Assembly (NCBI GenBank): GCA_964394965.1
Contig: CAYMZV010000001.1
Location: 1 to 47,907, forward strand
DNA length: 47,907 bases
From: an uncultured Chryseobacterium sp.
Lineage (GTDB): Bacteria > Bacteroidota > Bacteroidia > Palsa-965
Direction: 5' to 3'
The number at the start of each line of letters is the position of its first letter. Position 1 is the first letter of the stretch. The notes beneath the pieces were generated by a model. The model was not told the origin of the DNA and searched no databases. It was given only the letters and a program-made list of their open reading frames with translations. The position numbers were made by a program, and so were the translations under genes. This document shows positions 26,620 through 36,500 of the stretch, piece by piece.

Positions 26620-27636
26620 TTATTTTATCAATTTGATTACGGTATAATCCCCAATGCTCAAATCGCCATTAGCATTCACAATCTCGACAAAATTCCCAAC
26701 CATCGAATTCCGGATTTTCGAGTTTTGGATTTTCGAATTCGTCTGAATGATGCTGTTCGTGACAACGGAAGAATCGATCACCGTATTGTCGCCGATGGAA
26801 ACATGCGGACCGATTTTGGAATTTTTAAGAATGACATTATTGCCGATGAAACAAGGCGGAATGATTTCGGAATTTTCGTTTTTCAGATTTGCAGCAACCA
26901 GATCCTTCTCGTCTTTCTTGAATTCCAGCATGCGCTGATTGGTATACACCGTCGCGTCCTTGTTTCCGCAATCCAACCACTCGGTCACTTTTCCGGGAGA
27001 GAACTTCAGGCCTTTCGTTTTCATGTTCTCCAACGCATTCGTCAATTGGTATTCCCCTTTGTCGCGAATGTCATTGTCAAGAAGATATTGCAATTCTTTC
27101 CGTAAGTTTTTTCCGTCGCGGAAATAATAAATCCCGATGATGGCAAGATCGCTTATGAAAGTTTGCGGCTTCTCGATAAAATCCGTTATCGTATTTTCCG
27201 AATTCACTTTCACGACACCGAATGCGCGCGGATCCTCGATTTTCTGCACCCAGATAATCCCTTCCTGCGCAGTATCCATTTTGAAATCGGCCTTGAACAA
27301 TGTATCTGCGAAGGCAACCACAACTTTCCCATCCAGCGATTCTTTCGCGCACATGATCGCATGTGCGGTGCCAAGCGCCTCTTCCTGATAAAAAATGCTC
27401 CCTTTCGCTCCCAGTTTTTCGGCAACACCTTTCAACATCGCTTCCACCTCTTTTCCGAAAGTCGGACCGATGACGAATGCGATCTCTTCCAACTTCTCAT
27501 TGCAAACAGTCGCGATATCCTCCACAAGCCGCTGCACGATCGGTTTGCCCGCCACGGGAATCAAGGGTTTCGGAACAGTGAGTGTATGCGGGCGCATCCG
27601 TTTTCCCATACCCGCCATTGGGACAATTATTTTCAT
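26620..27636 (-). CDS. Sugar-phosphate nucleotidyltransferase with a C-terminal left-handed beta-helix
   Basis: 338 aa with N-terminal motif MAGMGKRMRPHTLTVPKPLIPVAGKPIV. The C-terminus has hexapeptide-like repeats (IGNNVILKNSKIGPHVSIGDNTVI). Confidence 0.8.
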   Translation of the reverse strand: MKIIVPMAGMGKRMRPHTLTVPKPLIPVAGKPIVQRLVEDIATVCNEKLEEIAFVIGPTFGKEVEAMLKGVAEKLGAKGSIFYQEEALGTAHAIMCAKESLDGKVVVAFADTLFKADFKMDTAQEGIIWVQKIEDPRAFGVVKVNSENTITDFIEKPQTFISDLAIIGIYYFRDGKNLRKELQYLLDNDIRDKGEYQLTNALENMKTKGLKFSPGKVTEWLDCGNKDATVYTNQRMLEFKKDEKDLVAANLKNENSEIIPPCFIGNNVILKNSKIGPHVSIGDNTVIDSSVVTNSIIQTNSKIQNSKIRNSMVGNFVEIVNANGDLSIGDYTVIKLIK

Positions 27637-27718
27637 AGAATTTTGTAATGGGTATTTTTAGAATAAGCTGATTTCAGGTTTTAGATTGAACATTTTTTCA
27701 TGCACAAGTCCAACGTCC

Positions 27719-28156
27719 TTATTTTGTTCCAGTAGAGCCGAAGCCACCGGTTCCCCTTTCGGAAGAAGCGAGTTCGTCGGAAATTTTCCATTCCACGCGT
27801 TCGTGTTTTGCAACAATCATTTGCGCCACACGTTCGCCGTCATTGACAGTAAACGTTTCGTTGGAAAGATTGACAAGGATCACTTTTATTTCACCTCGGT
27901 AATCGGCATCGATTGTTCCGGGGGAATTCAAAACGGATATTCCATTTTTCGCAGCGAGGCCGCTTCTGGGACGAATCTGCGCTTCGAAGCCTTCGGGAAG
28001 TTCAATGAACAATCCGGTTGGAACGATAGCGCGTTCGAGAGATTTCAGGATGATGGGCTGATCAAGATTTGCGCGCAGGTCGAGGCCGGCGGAAAGGGGG
28101 GTGGCATACTCGGGAAGAGCATGTTTGGAGCGGTTGATGACGGGGACTTTCAGCAT
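27719..28156 (-). CDS. dut: dUTP diphosphatase
   Basis: 145 aa with dUTPase motifs [17 protein letters not shown] and [10 protein letters not shown]. Confidence 0.9.
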   Translation of the reverse strand: MLKVPVINRSKHALPEYATPLSAGLDLRANLDQPIILKSLERAIVPTGLFIELPEGFEAQIRPRSGLAAKNGISVLNSPGTIDADYRGEIKVILVNLSNETFTVNDGERVAQMIVAKHERVEWKISDELASSERGTGGFGSTGTK

Positions 28157-28174
28157 CAGATAAAGGTACGGTTT

Positions 28175-29698
28175 TTAAGAAAGTGTTTCGGTTTCTGCGC
28201 TGTTGCGCCGGAGAAATTGTTGCGGCTTTTCAATGAGGATCACCACGGCGAGATAAACCAGAATCAGTGAATTGTTCAACAGCAAATTGACAGTTCCAGG
28301 AGCGGAGAATAGATATTTCCCGACGAAGAAAAGTGCAATTGCCAAAAAGAGATAACCGAGAATGCGGACAACATCATAATCGACGTGATAATATTTCTGT
28401 CCGATGAAATACGAAAGCACCATCATCATTCCATAACAGATGAATGTCGCCCAAGCGGAACCCATGTATCCGCCCACATACACATTCGAAGAGGGAATCC
28501 ATGCGAAATTCAGGATGAGTGTGATGGCCGCACCGAAAAGTGTAATCCACATTCCGAATCTTGTTTTTCCAGTCAGTTTGAACCAAATGGAAAGGTTGAA
28601 ATACATGCCGAGAAATAAATTCGCAAGCAGTAAAATCGGAACAACAGCCAATCCCGACCTGTATTCTTTCCCGACAAAATATTTTATCCATGAAATGTTC
28701 AATGTTGTTCCAAGAAAAATGATCAGGCAGAAAATGACAAAATATTTCATCACTTTTCCATAGAGCGAATGTGCATCCTTGTCTTTTTGCCGCGCAAAGA
28801 AAAACGGTTCTGCGGCATAACGGAATGCCATCACAAACAAGGTCATGAGAATTGAAATCTTGTAACACGCCCCATAAATTCCCACTTGCGTTTCTGCAAT
28901 TCCGCTCGGCAAAAGGTATTTGATCAGGATTCGATCCATGGTTTCATTCGTCATTCCGCCAAAGCCGACAATGAGCAAGGGAAGGGAATAATTCATCATC
29001 CGTTTCCACATGGAGAAATCGAATCCGTAACGGATGCGTGAAATTTCTTTCGAGAGTAAAACCAGTGAAACGATATTCGCTGTCAATTGCGCAATGAACG
29101 AATATCCGATTCCGATTGCCGGATTGTACAGGTTCCCGAGAAATGAACCTGCGTGTTTTTCAGAAAAGGATTTGCAAACGCCAATGAAAAATAAGTTGAG
29201 CAGGACGTTGATGGAAATATTGATCATCTTGATGGTTGCAAACCGTCTCGCCTTGTTTTCCTGTCTCAATTTTGCAAATGGAATCGCAGCGATTGCATCT
29301 GTTCCAACAATGAGAATCGCCCACCAGATAAAATCGGTATGGCCGGGATAACGCAAAAGGTTTGCCAGGTCGTTGGAGAAAAAAATAAAGGGAACACTCA
29401 GCGCCAATGTCGAAACCACAAGCGAACGCAGTGTCGTGGAATACACCATGTTCTTGTCGCTTTCGGAAACGGAAAAATTAAACAATGCGGTTTCCATTCC
29501 ATACGTGAAAAGAATATTGAGGAACGAGATGTAAGCGAAAAATTCAACATTCAAACCAAAATCCGCAGGCTTGCCGAAAATGTATGTGAAAAACGGAACC
29601 AGTGCATAATTGAGCATTCTCCCCAAAATGGTGGGAAGTCCATACACGGCGGTTTGACCCGCCAACTTCTTAAGTGGATTCGCGCTCATGATTATCAC
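28175..29698 (-). CDS. Polysaccharide/oligosaccharide flippase (MOP/Wzx-like polysaccharide biosynthesis protein)
   Basis: 507 aa, polytopic (about 12-14 hydrophobic helices). The dut-flippase neighbourhood is typical of Bacteroidota. An alternative ATG is at 29689. Confidence 0.8.
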   Translation of the reverse strand: MIIMSANPLKKLAGQTAVYGLPTILGRMLNYALVPFFTYIFGKPADFGLNVEFFAYISFLNILFTYGMETALFNFSVSESDKNMVYSTTLRSLVVSTLALSVPFIFFSNDLANLLRYPGHTDFIWWAILIVGTDAIAAIPFAKLRQENKARRFATIKMINISINVLLNLFFIGVCKSFSEKHAGSFLGNLYNPAIGIGYSFIAQLTANIVSLVLLSKEISRIRYGFDFSMWKRMMNYSLPLLIVGFGGMTNETMDRILIKYLLPSGIAETQVGIYGACYKISILMTLFVMAFRYAAEPFFFARQKDKDAHSLYGKVMKYFVIFCLIIFLGTTLNISWIKYFVGKEYRSGLAVVPILLLANLFLGMYFNLSIWFKLTGKTRFGMWITLFGAAITLILNFAWIPSSNVYVGGYMGSAWATFICYGMMMVLSYFIGQKYYHVDYDVVRILGYLFLAIALFFVGKYLFSAPGTVNLLLNNSLILVYLAVVILIEKPQQFLRRNSAETETLS

Positions 29699-29827
29699 TA
29701 CGAAATTGCCATTAAAACCCGCTTCATCCTTGCCTTTTAACGCTTTTTATACACGGTAAGGCGTTAACATCCCGTTTGGCCTGATTTTGGGAAGGCAAGG
29801 GCAGCACATGCTAGAATTTTTTTATTC

Positions 29828-29835
29828 TACCTTTG
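29828..29835 (+). promoter_or_regulatory. Candidate -7 promoter box (TAnnTTTG)
   Basis: Exact TACCTTTG lies 25 nt upstream of the ATG at 29860. Confidence 0.35.
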
Positions 29836-29859
29836 CCCCGAAAACCTAAACCACCTCAA

Positions 29860-30354
29860 ATGAAATCATTGAAACTTGCCGTTCTTTTCGGCGCACTCAG
29901 TCTCATTTTTATGGGCTGCCCCTATGAGTCAACCGTCCCGGTTGATGACCAAGCAAAATCCATTGTCGATAAATCCCTTTGTGGAAAATGGGAAGACAAG
30001 AGCGATGACAATTACACCTATAAAGTGACGCTTGACGATAATCTTTATACCATCGTAAAAAAGGAAAACAAGGGCAAGGACGATCCCATTACCTACAATG
30101 GATTCCTTTCCGATTTGAATGGCAAAACATTTTTCAATGTTTGGGAAAAACCTGCTGACGCCGGTACGATCATAAAATATTATATCTATCGCGTTGACAA
30201 ACAAAGCGACGATCGCATCAGATTGCAGGGAATGACACACAATGTCACCGAAGATTTCGACAATTCACAGGCGTTGAGGGATTTCATCACGAAATACCAA
30301 GACTTGAGTTTCTTCTGGGATTCAAGCGAAGAAGTGACTTTCCTGAAAGACTAA
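29860..30354 (+). CDS. Hypothetical lipoprotein
   Basis: ATG at 29860 gives MKSLKLAVLFGALSLIFMGC (lipobox). 164 aa, family not recognised. The listed ORF starts at a TTG at 29833. Confidence 0.55.
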   Translation: MKSLKLAVLFGALSLIFMGCPYESTVPVDDQAKSIVDKSLCGKWEDKSDDNYTYKVTLDDNLYTIVKKENKGKDDPITYNGFLSDLNGKTFFNVWEKPADAGTIIKYYIYRVDKQSDDRIRLQGMTHNVTEDFDNSQALRDFITKYQDLSFFWDSSEEVTFLKD

Positions 30355-30374
30355 TCCATCCTTCGATAAAAACA

Positions 30375-30408
30375 AAAAACCCGATTCGTATTCTGAATCG
30401 GGTTTTTT
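30375..30408 (+). terminator. Intrinsic terminator
   Basis: AACCCGATTC-GTATTCT-GAATCGGGTT followed by TTTTT. Confidence 0.65.
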
Positions 30409-30432
30409 ATTTGAGGTTTTATCATCCTGAAA

Positions 30433-30473
30433 GTTCCGCAGCGATAAATTCTCTAATCGCTCAAATGCGGAAC
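30433..30473 (-). terminator. Two-tier hairpin downstream of the enoyl-CoA hydratase gene (no T run; weak terminator call)
   Basis: GTTCCGCA+GCGAT...ATCGC+(TCAAA bulge)+TGCGGAAC, lying between convergent genes. Confidence 0.3.
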
Positions 30474-30489
30474 ATATCGAAAGCGAGAA

Positions 30490-31314
30490 TTATTTACCTG
30501 AAAATTTCGCTTTCCTTTTTTCGAGAAATGCGGAAGCGCCTTCCTTGAAATCCTGTGTTGCGCAACAACGTCCGAAAGCGGAAATTTCAAAATTGAATCC
30601 GTCCACTCCGGCAGCATAATAGGCATCCACACATTTCACGATTTCTGCAACGGCAAGCGGTGCCTTCGTAAATATTTTGAGTAAAATTTCCTTGCATTTC
30701 AAAATCAATTGGTCTGCCGGAACAACGTGATTGGCCAAACCGAGACGATGCGCTTCCGTTGCATCAATCATGTCTGCCGTCATCAACAGTTCCATCGCTT
30801 TTCCTTTCCCGATCAATTGTGTGAGACGTTGTGTTCCTGCATAACCCGGAATCAAACCGAGATTCACTTCGGGCTGACCGAATTTCGCTTTTTCAGAAGC
30901 AACGCGCATGTGACATGCCATTGCAAGTTCGCATCCGCCACCGAGTGCGAATCCATTCACTGCGGCAATCACCGGCTTCGGACTCAATTCTATTTCACGC
31001 ATGATGGTCTGACCTGTTGCGGAAAAATTCGAGCCTGCAGGTGCATCCAATTCCGTAAACTCGGAAATGTCGGCACCGGCTACAAATGCTTTTTCTCCTG
31101 CACCCGTAAGAATGATTCCTTTCACTTCAGGATTTACAAGCGCAAAACGAAATGCTTCATGCAGGTCATTGAGAGTCGACTGGTTTAGCGCATTCAGTTT
31201 ATCGGGACGATTCACGGTTACAGTATAAATTCCGTTGTCCAGTTCCGTAAGCAGGTTCTGAAGTGTCATTGTTTCCAGGGTTGATTCTGTGTCGGCAAAA
31301 ATTGTCTGGGTCAT
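30490..31314 (-). CDS. Enoyl-CoA hydratase/isomerase (crotonase family)
   Basis: Crotonase motifs LTGAGEKAFVAGADI and AAVNGFALGGGCELAMACH. A second ATG at 31269 would give a more typical 259-aa product. Confidence 0.85.
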   Translation of the reverse strand: MTQTIFADTESTLETMTLQNLLTELDNGIYTVTVNRPDKLNALNQSTLNDLHEAFRFALVNPEVKGIILTGAGEKAFVAGADISEFTELDAPAGSNFSATGQTIMREIELSPKPVIAAVNGFALGGGCELAMACHMRVASEKAKFGQPEVNLGLIPGYAGTQRLTQLIGKGKAMELLMTADMIDATEAHRLGLANHVVPADQLILKCKEILLKIFTKAPLAVAEIVKCVDAYYAAGVDGFNFEISAFGRCCATQDFKEGASAFLEKRKAKFSGK

Positions 31315-31477
31315 CCTTTCGGAGAATTTTGTTGTGGGTAAAGATAACTATCAAAAGAGGAAATCGCCGATTGTCGATTGCCGATTTTCAATTGTTTTGG
31401 GGATTTTTTCCACAATCCGATGAGGAAAAATGTTTTTTTATTGTGTTTCCCAGAGTGCGGTTGAAATGAAACGCAAT

Positions 31478-31510
31478 AAAAAAACCCGACAGAGAATTCC
31501 GTCGGGTTTT
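31478..31510 (-). terminator. Intrinsic terminator for the lipoprotein gene ending at 31530
   Basis: AAAACCCGAC...GTCGGGTTTT. On the minus strand it is followed by TTTTTTT. Confidence 0.6.
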
Positions 31511-31529
31511 ACAATTCAGGATTGGGAAT

Positions 31530-32153
31530 TTATTTTTTGAGATCGAACGAATTGATCATGTTGTCCAACTCCGCCCCGTTTTGGTCTTTCTCGGATGCCA
31601 ACGTCCATGCGGTAATGTAGTACATGTTTTTTGTGCCTTCGATGAATGCTATTTTGTAATAAATGTCGGACGGGATGCCTGCAACATTTGCAATCATATC
31701 CACAATTTCAGCATCATGTCCATTGATCGTTGTCTTTTTGATATTCGGTTCCGCTTTCGCTTTCATCGATTCTTTCAAATGGTTCATGACAACCAGGCGA
31801 TAATTTTTTTCAGGAGTTTGTTTGTCGTCATAAAGGGAATCGTCGGAAGCTTCCTTGATGAAATCCGTTTTCGATTCGCAAATAGCAACCACATATTCTT
31901 CATTCGCAGAATCATTGTATTGGAAGGAAGCCTCGTCATTCAGCGAAGAGGAAGAATAAAAATGATTGGGAACCTTGATTGTGTAATCGATGCTGTCGAT
32001 TTTCGGAGTGAAAAAATCCTTGTACGGATCTGTGTTTACTACCGAGGCGGAATCATTTTTTCCCCCTTTGCCGAACATTCCATTGCAAGATGAGAATGTA
32101 AGGACGGCACAGACAGAAATTGCGCCGATGATTGTAAGCGGTTTGAAAGACAT
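31530..32153 (-). CDS. Hypothetical lipoprotein, paralog A of a tandem pair
   Basis: 207 aa with a lipobox (LTFSSC). Shares blocks with the next gene (LNDEASFQYNDSANEEYVV / LNDEASAQYEDTVNELYII; YYITAWTL...MINSF / YYVTIWTL...MINSF). Confidence 0.6.
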   Translation of the reverse strand: MSFKPLTIIGAISVCAVLTFSSCNGMFGKGGKNDSASVVNTDPYKDFFTPKIDSIDYTIKVPNHFYSSSSLNDEASFQYNDSANEEYVVAICESKTDFIKEASDDSLYDDKQTPEKNYRLVVMNHLKESMKAKAEPNIKKTTINGHDAEIVDMIANVAGIPSDIYYKIAFIEGTKNMYYITAWTLASEKDQNGAELDNMINSFDLKK

Positions 32154-32188
32154 GGGCTTGAGTTTAGTTGGTTGGTTTAGGTTTGCGG

Positions 32189-32196
32189 CAAATGTA
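32189..32196 (-). promoter_or_regulatory. Candidate -7 promoter box (reverse complement TACATTTG)
   Basis: CAAATGTA on the plus strand, 36 nt upstream of the start at 32153. Confidence 0.3.
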
Positions 32197-32244
32197 GGAA
32201 AATAGGGAATGTGGCAATGGCGGTTTTTGATTGCGCAACCGCAC

Positions 32245-32892
32245 TCATTTCACAACACGAAAAGAATTGATCATGCCTTCCATTTCAGCATGATTGATTT
32301 GCTCGCTGGTTGAAAGCGTCCATATTGTCACGTAATACATATTTTCGGGGCCTTCAATGAAGGCGAATTTATATGCAATGGTTTCTTCAATCCCCCTGGC
32401 CTTGGCATTGACCTCTTCAATTTGCGCATCAAGATTGTGGATGGTTTCTCTCCTTTCTATTCTTTTCCCTTTGATTTTTATTGATTTTTTCAAACTCCGC
32501 ATTTCAACATTCCTATAATTTTCAGCCACCGAAAGTTTCTCCTTGTACTTTTTATTTTCTTTCATCACGTTGACAAAATCGGCTTTGGACTCGTCAATGA
32601 CAATGATATACAATTCGTTTACCGTATCCTCATATTGTGCAGAAGCCTCGTCATTGAGTCCCGAACAGGCATAAAGGTGCTTGGGAATATCCAATGCATA
32701 TTCCTTCACTTTAACGGTACGCAAATCGTGCGCAGTGTCGTGAACGAAATCCGGCTTTTTGTCGCCATAACCACCATAAGACACTTTCCTTGGTTCCGCC
32801 ATTTTTGCAAATGCAGAAACGGTGAAAATGGCAAGGAAAAACATTCCGGCAAAAGCTCCTATCGCTTTGGGGATCAACAACTGTTTTTTCAT
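32245..32892 (-). CDS. Hypothetical secreted/membrane-anchored protein, paralog B of a tandem pair
   Basis: 215 aa with an N-terminal hydrophobic signal/anchor. Clear similarity to the 31530..32153 product along the whole mature region. Confidence 0.6.
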   Translation of the reverse strand: MKKQLLIPKAIGAFAGMFFLAIFTVSAFAKMAEPRKVSYGGYGDKKPDFVHDTAHDLRTVKVKEYALDIPKHLYACSGLNDEASAQYEDTVNELYIIVIDESKADFVNVMKENKKYKEKLSVAENYRNVEMRSLKKSIKIKGKRIERRETIHNLDAQIEEVNAKARGIEETIAYKFAFIEGPENMYYVTIWTLSTSEQINHAEMEGMINSFRVVK

Positions 32893-32934
32893 TGATAAGG
32901 GGTTTGGGCGAAATTAGATAATTTAGGATACACC

Positions 32935-33582
32935 ATGAAAGCGCGTCACATTATCCTCATCGTCCTATTGGCATTTTTCTCCCTGCTGATGTTGCGCACC
33001 ATGATCCCGTATTTTTCCCTGCGCGATGATGTCTCATTCTTGAAAACAAAACAATGGATCATCGAAAATCAGGTCTGGAAAATTGCCTTTTTTACGCATG
33101 TCTTCACCAGCATTTTCCTGCTGCTTTCCGGATTCACACAATTCTTTTCCCCGTTTAAAAATGCCCAACTGCACCGCAACGTCGGGAAAATGTACATCGT
33201 CATCCTGCTGTTTGTTTCCGGACCGGCCGGTTTCATAATGGCATTGTATGCGAATGGTGGTATTATATCACAACTTTCGTTTACGATATTGGCTTTGCTG
33301 TGGTTATTCGCCACCGGAAAAGCATATCTCGAAATCCGAAAAAGGAATTTTATCGCTCATGGGAATTTCATGATCAGGAGTTATGCGCTGACATTATCCG
33401 CCGTTACACTCCGTTCCTGGAAAATCGTCATCACCCTCGCATTCCACCTGCCTCCGGTAGACACTTACAGGATCATCGCATGGATGGGTTGGGTTCCGAA
33501 TATTCTGATTGCGGAATATTTAATCCGAAAAGGTTGGGGAAAAAGAATACTGCGGGGAACGAACAGCGCGACTAAAACATAA
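32935..33582 (+). CDS. DUF2306-family integral membrane protein
   Basis: 215 aa with about six TM helices. The sequence pattern (FFTHVFTS...HRNVGKMYIV...HGNFMIRSYALTLSAVTLR) matches my memory of DUF2306. Confidence 0.65.
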   Translation: MKARHIILIVLLAFFSLLMLRTMIPYFSLRDDVSFLKTKQWIIENQVWKIAFFTHVFTSIFLLLSGFTQFFSPFKNAQLHRNVGKMYIVILLFVSGPAGFIMALYANGGIISQLSFTILALLWLFATGKAYLEIRKRNFIAHGNFMIRSYALTLSAVTLRSWKIVITLAFHLPPVDTYRIIAWMGWVPNILIAEYLIRKGWGKRILRGTNSATKT

Positions 33583-33583
33583 C

Positions 33584-36500
33584 TTACATTTTCGCCGCCA
33601 ACACACACGTCCGTTTGTATTTCTTCACTTTTCCATCCGTTGTGAACGCTTCAAAATAAATCACGTACGCACCCACGCGCGCCTTCGTGCGATCATCCAT
33701 TGTTCCATCCCAAGAGAAAGTGCCTTGCCCCGTTCCAAGCGAAACCTGGTGCTCGAGGATTTTCACTTGTCTGCCACGCGAATCATAAATCGTGACATTT
33801 GCAACATATCCCGGATCCGTAAAATTGTAATCGATGTTCAGCACATCATTGTAGCCGTCACCATCGGGAGAAAAAATCTGTTCGGTAATTGAAACCGCCC
33901 CGTCGTCAACTCCTCCCGGATTGTATTCCGAATTCTGTTGTGTCGGTGTTGCAAATCCGGATGTTTCGGAAGCGGAATGCCAATTGGTTTGATCCTGGGT
34001 TGGACGGTCAAAGTCAATCCGCTCGAGGGAAACCCCTTTTGTATTTTGCAACAGGGCGAATTGCCAGCTCGGCAAATAAACGAGACGGTCGATGATGTGA
34101 AATCCGGTGTCGGCAAGAACAACAATGTCTCCGCTGACATTCATTGCAGGAACATGCGGCATGTCGAGACAAAGGTCAAGGTTGGTTGGAACAGGATATT
34201 GTTGTTGTACTGTAACACCACTTGTACTCAACACAAGATATTGTTTCGGGAAAAGCAAATACCCTTCCGGAGCAATCACATTGAAATCCGTCAGCGTATT
34301 CGCAATCGTGTCCTGTGTACACCACAACAGGTTTTTCAGGTCAATCACTTTTTGCGAACGATTGTAAATCTCGAGGAAATCAACTCCATTCGCATTCGGG
34401 TCATACAGAACTTCATTGATCACCACATCATTCGGCATCGCCGCTTCGGGAAGGGCGAACGGCGCAGTATTCGGTGTCGACAATTGGTTTCCGACACAAT
34501 CAGTAATTGCCGTGTTGGCGGTAACGTTATAAGTGATTCCCGCAACAATGGAGGATGGCAATTTCAAATCGCATTTTGAAAAATCGGTGGAGATGGGACG
34601 AACGCTTATCGGGATTCCGATGCTGTTGTCAATGGAATAGGTATTCACATTGACCAATGTAATGCTGTCGAGCGGTTCGGAAAAAAACAAACGAATGCTG
34701 TCCGTCGCGAGTACAGACACGCGCAGCAAATGCGGAGGTGTGTTGTCCGGATTATGCGCATACACACTGTTGCGTGCGCCGGGCGTTCCACCCGCACTTG
34801 CATTCGAGGCAATCCAATTTGTCATTCCCGCACACGGATTCAACGGATCGATTTGTTCGAGCGACCATCCCCCATTTTTCTTTACCGAATTCTGATACCA
34901 GGTGTCGGAATAAGCTATGCTGTGCATCACTTCCCCTGTTGACGTGCGCAACGTGATGCTTGCTCCCGTATTCGTGAGTGAAGGGAAACTTGTTACACCC
35001 ACCACATTTATTCCTGTGAAAAGCGGTGCACCGGTTGTCGTTGTCAATACCACAAAACTGTCGGCGGGAAGAATGACGGCAGGAATGGCATGGGTGGATG
35101 TTCCTGTGGAAATTGTCCAATTGTTCAGCTGAATGGGAAAAGCGGTTGTGTTTTTCAATTCAACATATTCTTCTCCGGGCAATTGTACAACCGGCGTTGG
35201 ATCCGCCATGATTTCATTGATCACCACATCGAACGGTTGGATGCGATGATAGGAAAATGTTCCGGTGTTTGGACTTACCGGATTGCCGACACAGTCTGTA
35301 AGTGCCGTGAAGGTTGCCGTATAGCTGGTGTTGTTTGTCAATGCCGTCGCGAGTGTGAGCGTAACGCATTGCAGGGTGGTTGTGTCATAATACAACGACG
35401 CCGGATTGCCGATGCCGGCGGAAATCAGGTAGTTCGCCAACACGTTTATCTGCGTCGGGGCAATCGCTTCATTAAAACACAATTCAACATGCAAGCTGTC
35501 TATCGCAAAAACCGATTGCAAGATCGGACCGGTGACATCCGGGGAATTATTGAAAACGGAATTCTGTGCGTCGGGCGTTCCTCCTGCAACTGCATTCGAG
35601 GCAATCCAGTTTCCCGCCACCGAACAACCCGCAGGGGCATTGGGATTGATCATTTCCAAAGTCCATCCACCGTTTTGTTTGACCGCATCCTGATACCACG
35701 ACAATAAATAATCAACCGAATCAATCACATTACTGGCCGGATCAAACAGTTTCAAATTGTCTCCCGAATTATTCAACGATGGAAAAGTCGCCAATCCAAG
35801 TGTCGGTCCGTAAGGCGAGAAAAGTGCAGTGTCTGCATTTGCACAAAGAATTACAAATCCTCCGGCAGGAATAAGATGCGCTCCAAGCGCGCCGGTTGAG
35901 GTTCCATCGGTGAATGCCCATCCGTTCAAGTCGAAATTGTTTGCACTGCGATTGAACAGTTCCACGAATTCCGTATTCGGCAATGCAACAACCGGAGAAG
36001 GATCGGCCATGATTTCATTGATCACCACATCGCGGTACGTCGGATTTCCTATTGGGAAATAACTGAAGTTTGCCGTTGCCGTTGTAATCGCATTCGCACT
36101 TAAATCCTGAACATTCGTTACGGTCAATGTATAATTTGTTGCGCTCACAAAACTGCTCGAAAAAGTCAAATGCACAAGCGAATGATTCACGGCATCGCGA
36201 ACAGCGGTCGTTGGAACACCGATTGAATTGTTGACGGAATAATTTGCGGCAACCTGTGATGTTGCCGGATCAACGCTTTCATTGAACACAACATCCAATT
36301 GCGTTGCGGAAATCACATTGACCGAAGAAATTGTCGGAGCGGTAACATCAACGATAATCGGTCCGACATAAAAATCATCATAATAGAATTTCGTGATGTT
36401 GGAAACGGTGTATTTGCTGAACACGCCGAAATAAGCGGAAGTGGTATGTGTGGCGTCGAATGCAGTTCCTTCCGATTGGAAATTCGTTCCGCCGGTTGTG

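Noticed and set aside
26281-27105. 274-aa plus-strand ORF. Similar long shadow ORFs occur at 7101-7937 (+), 24334-24888 (+), 18629-19225 (+), 14248-14835 (+), 37394-38065 (-), 37252-37803 (-), 45607-46239 (+), 46367-46951 (+), 5004-5540 (-) and 31581-32093 (+).
   Set aside because: All lie antisense to, or out of frame within, genes with strong family motifs. Their translations are low-complexity or Cys/Arg/His/Phe-rich and motif-free. They are typical shadow ORFs.
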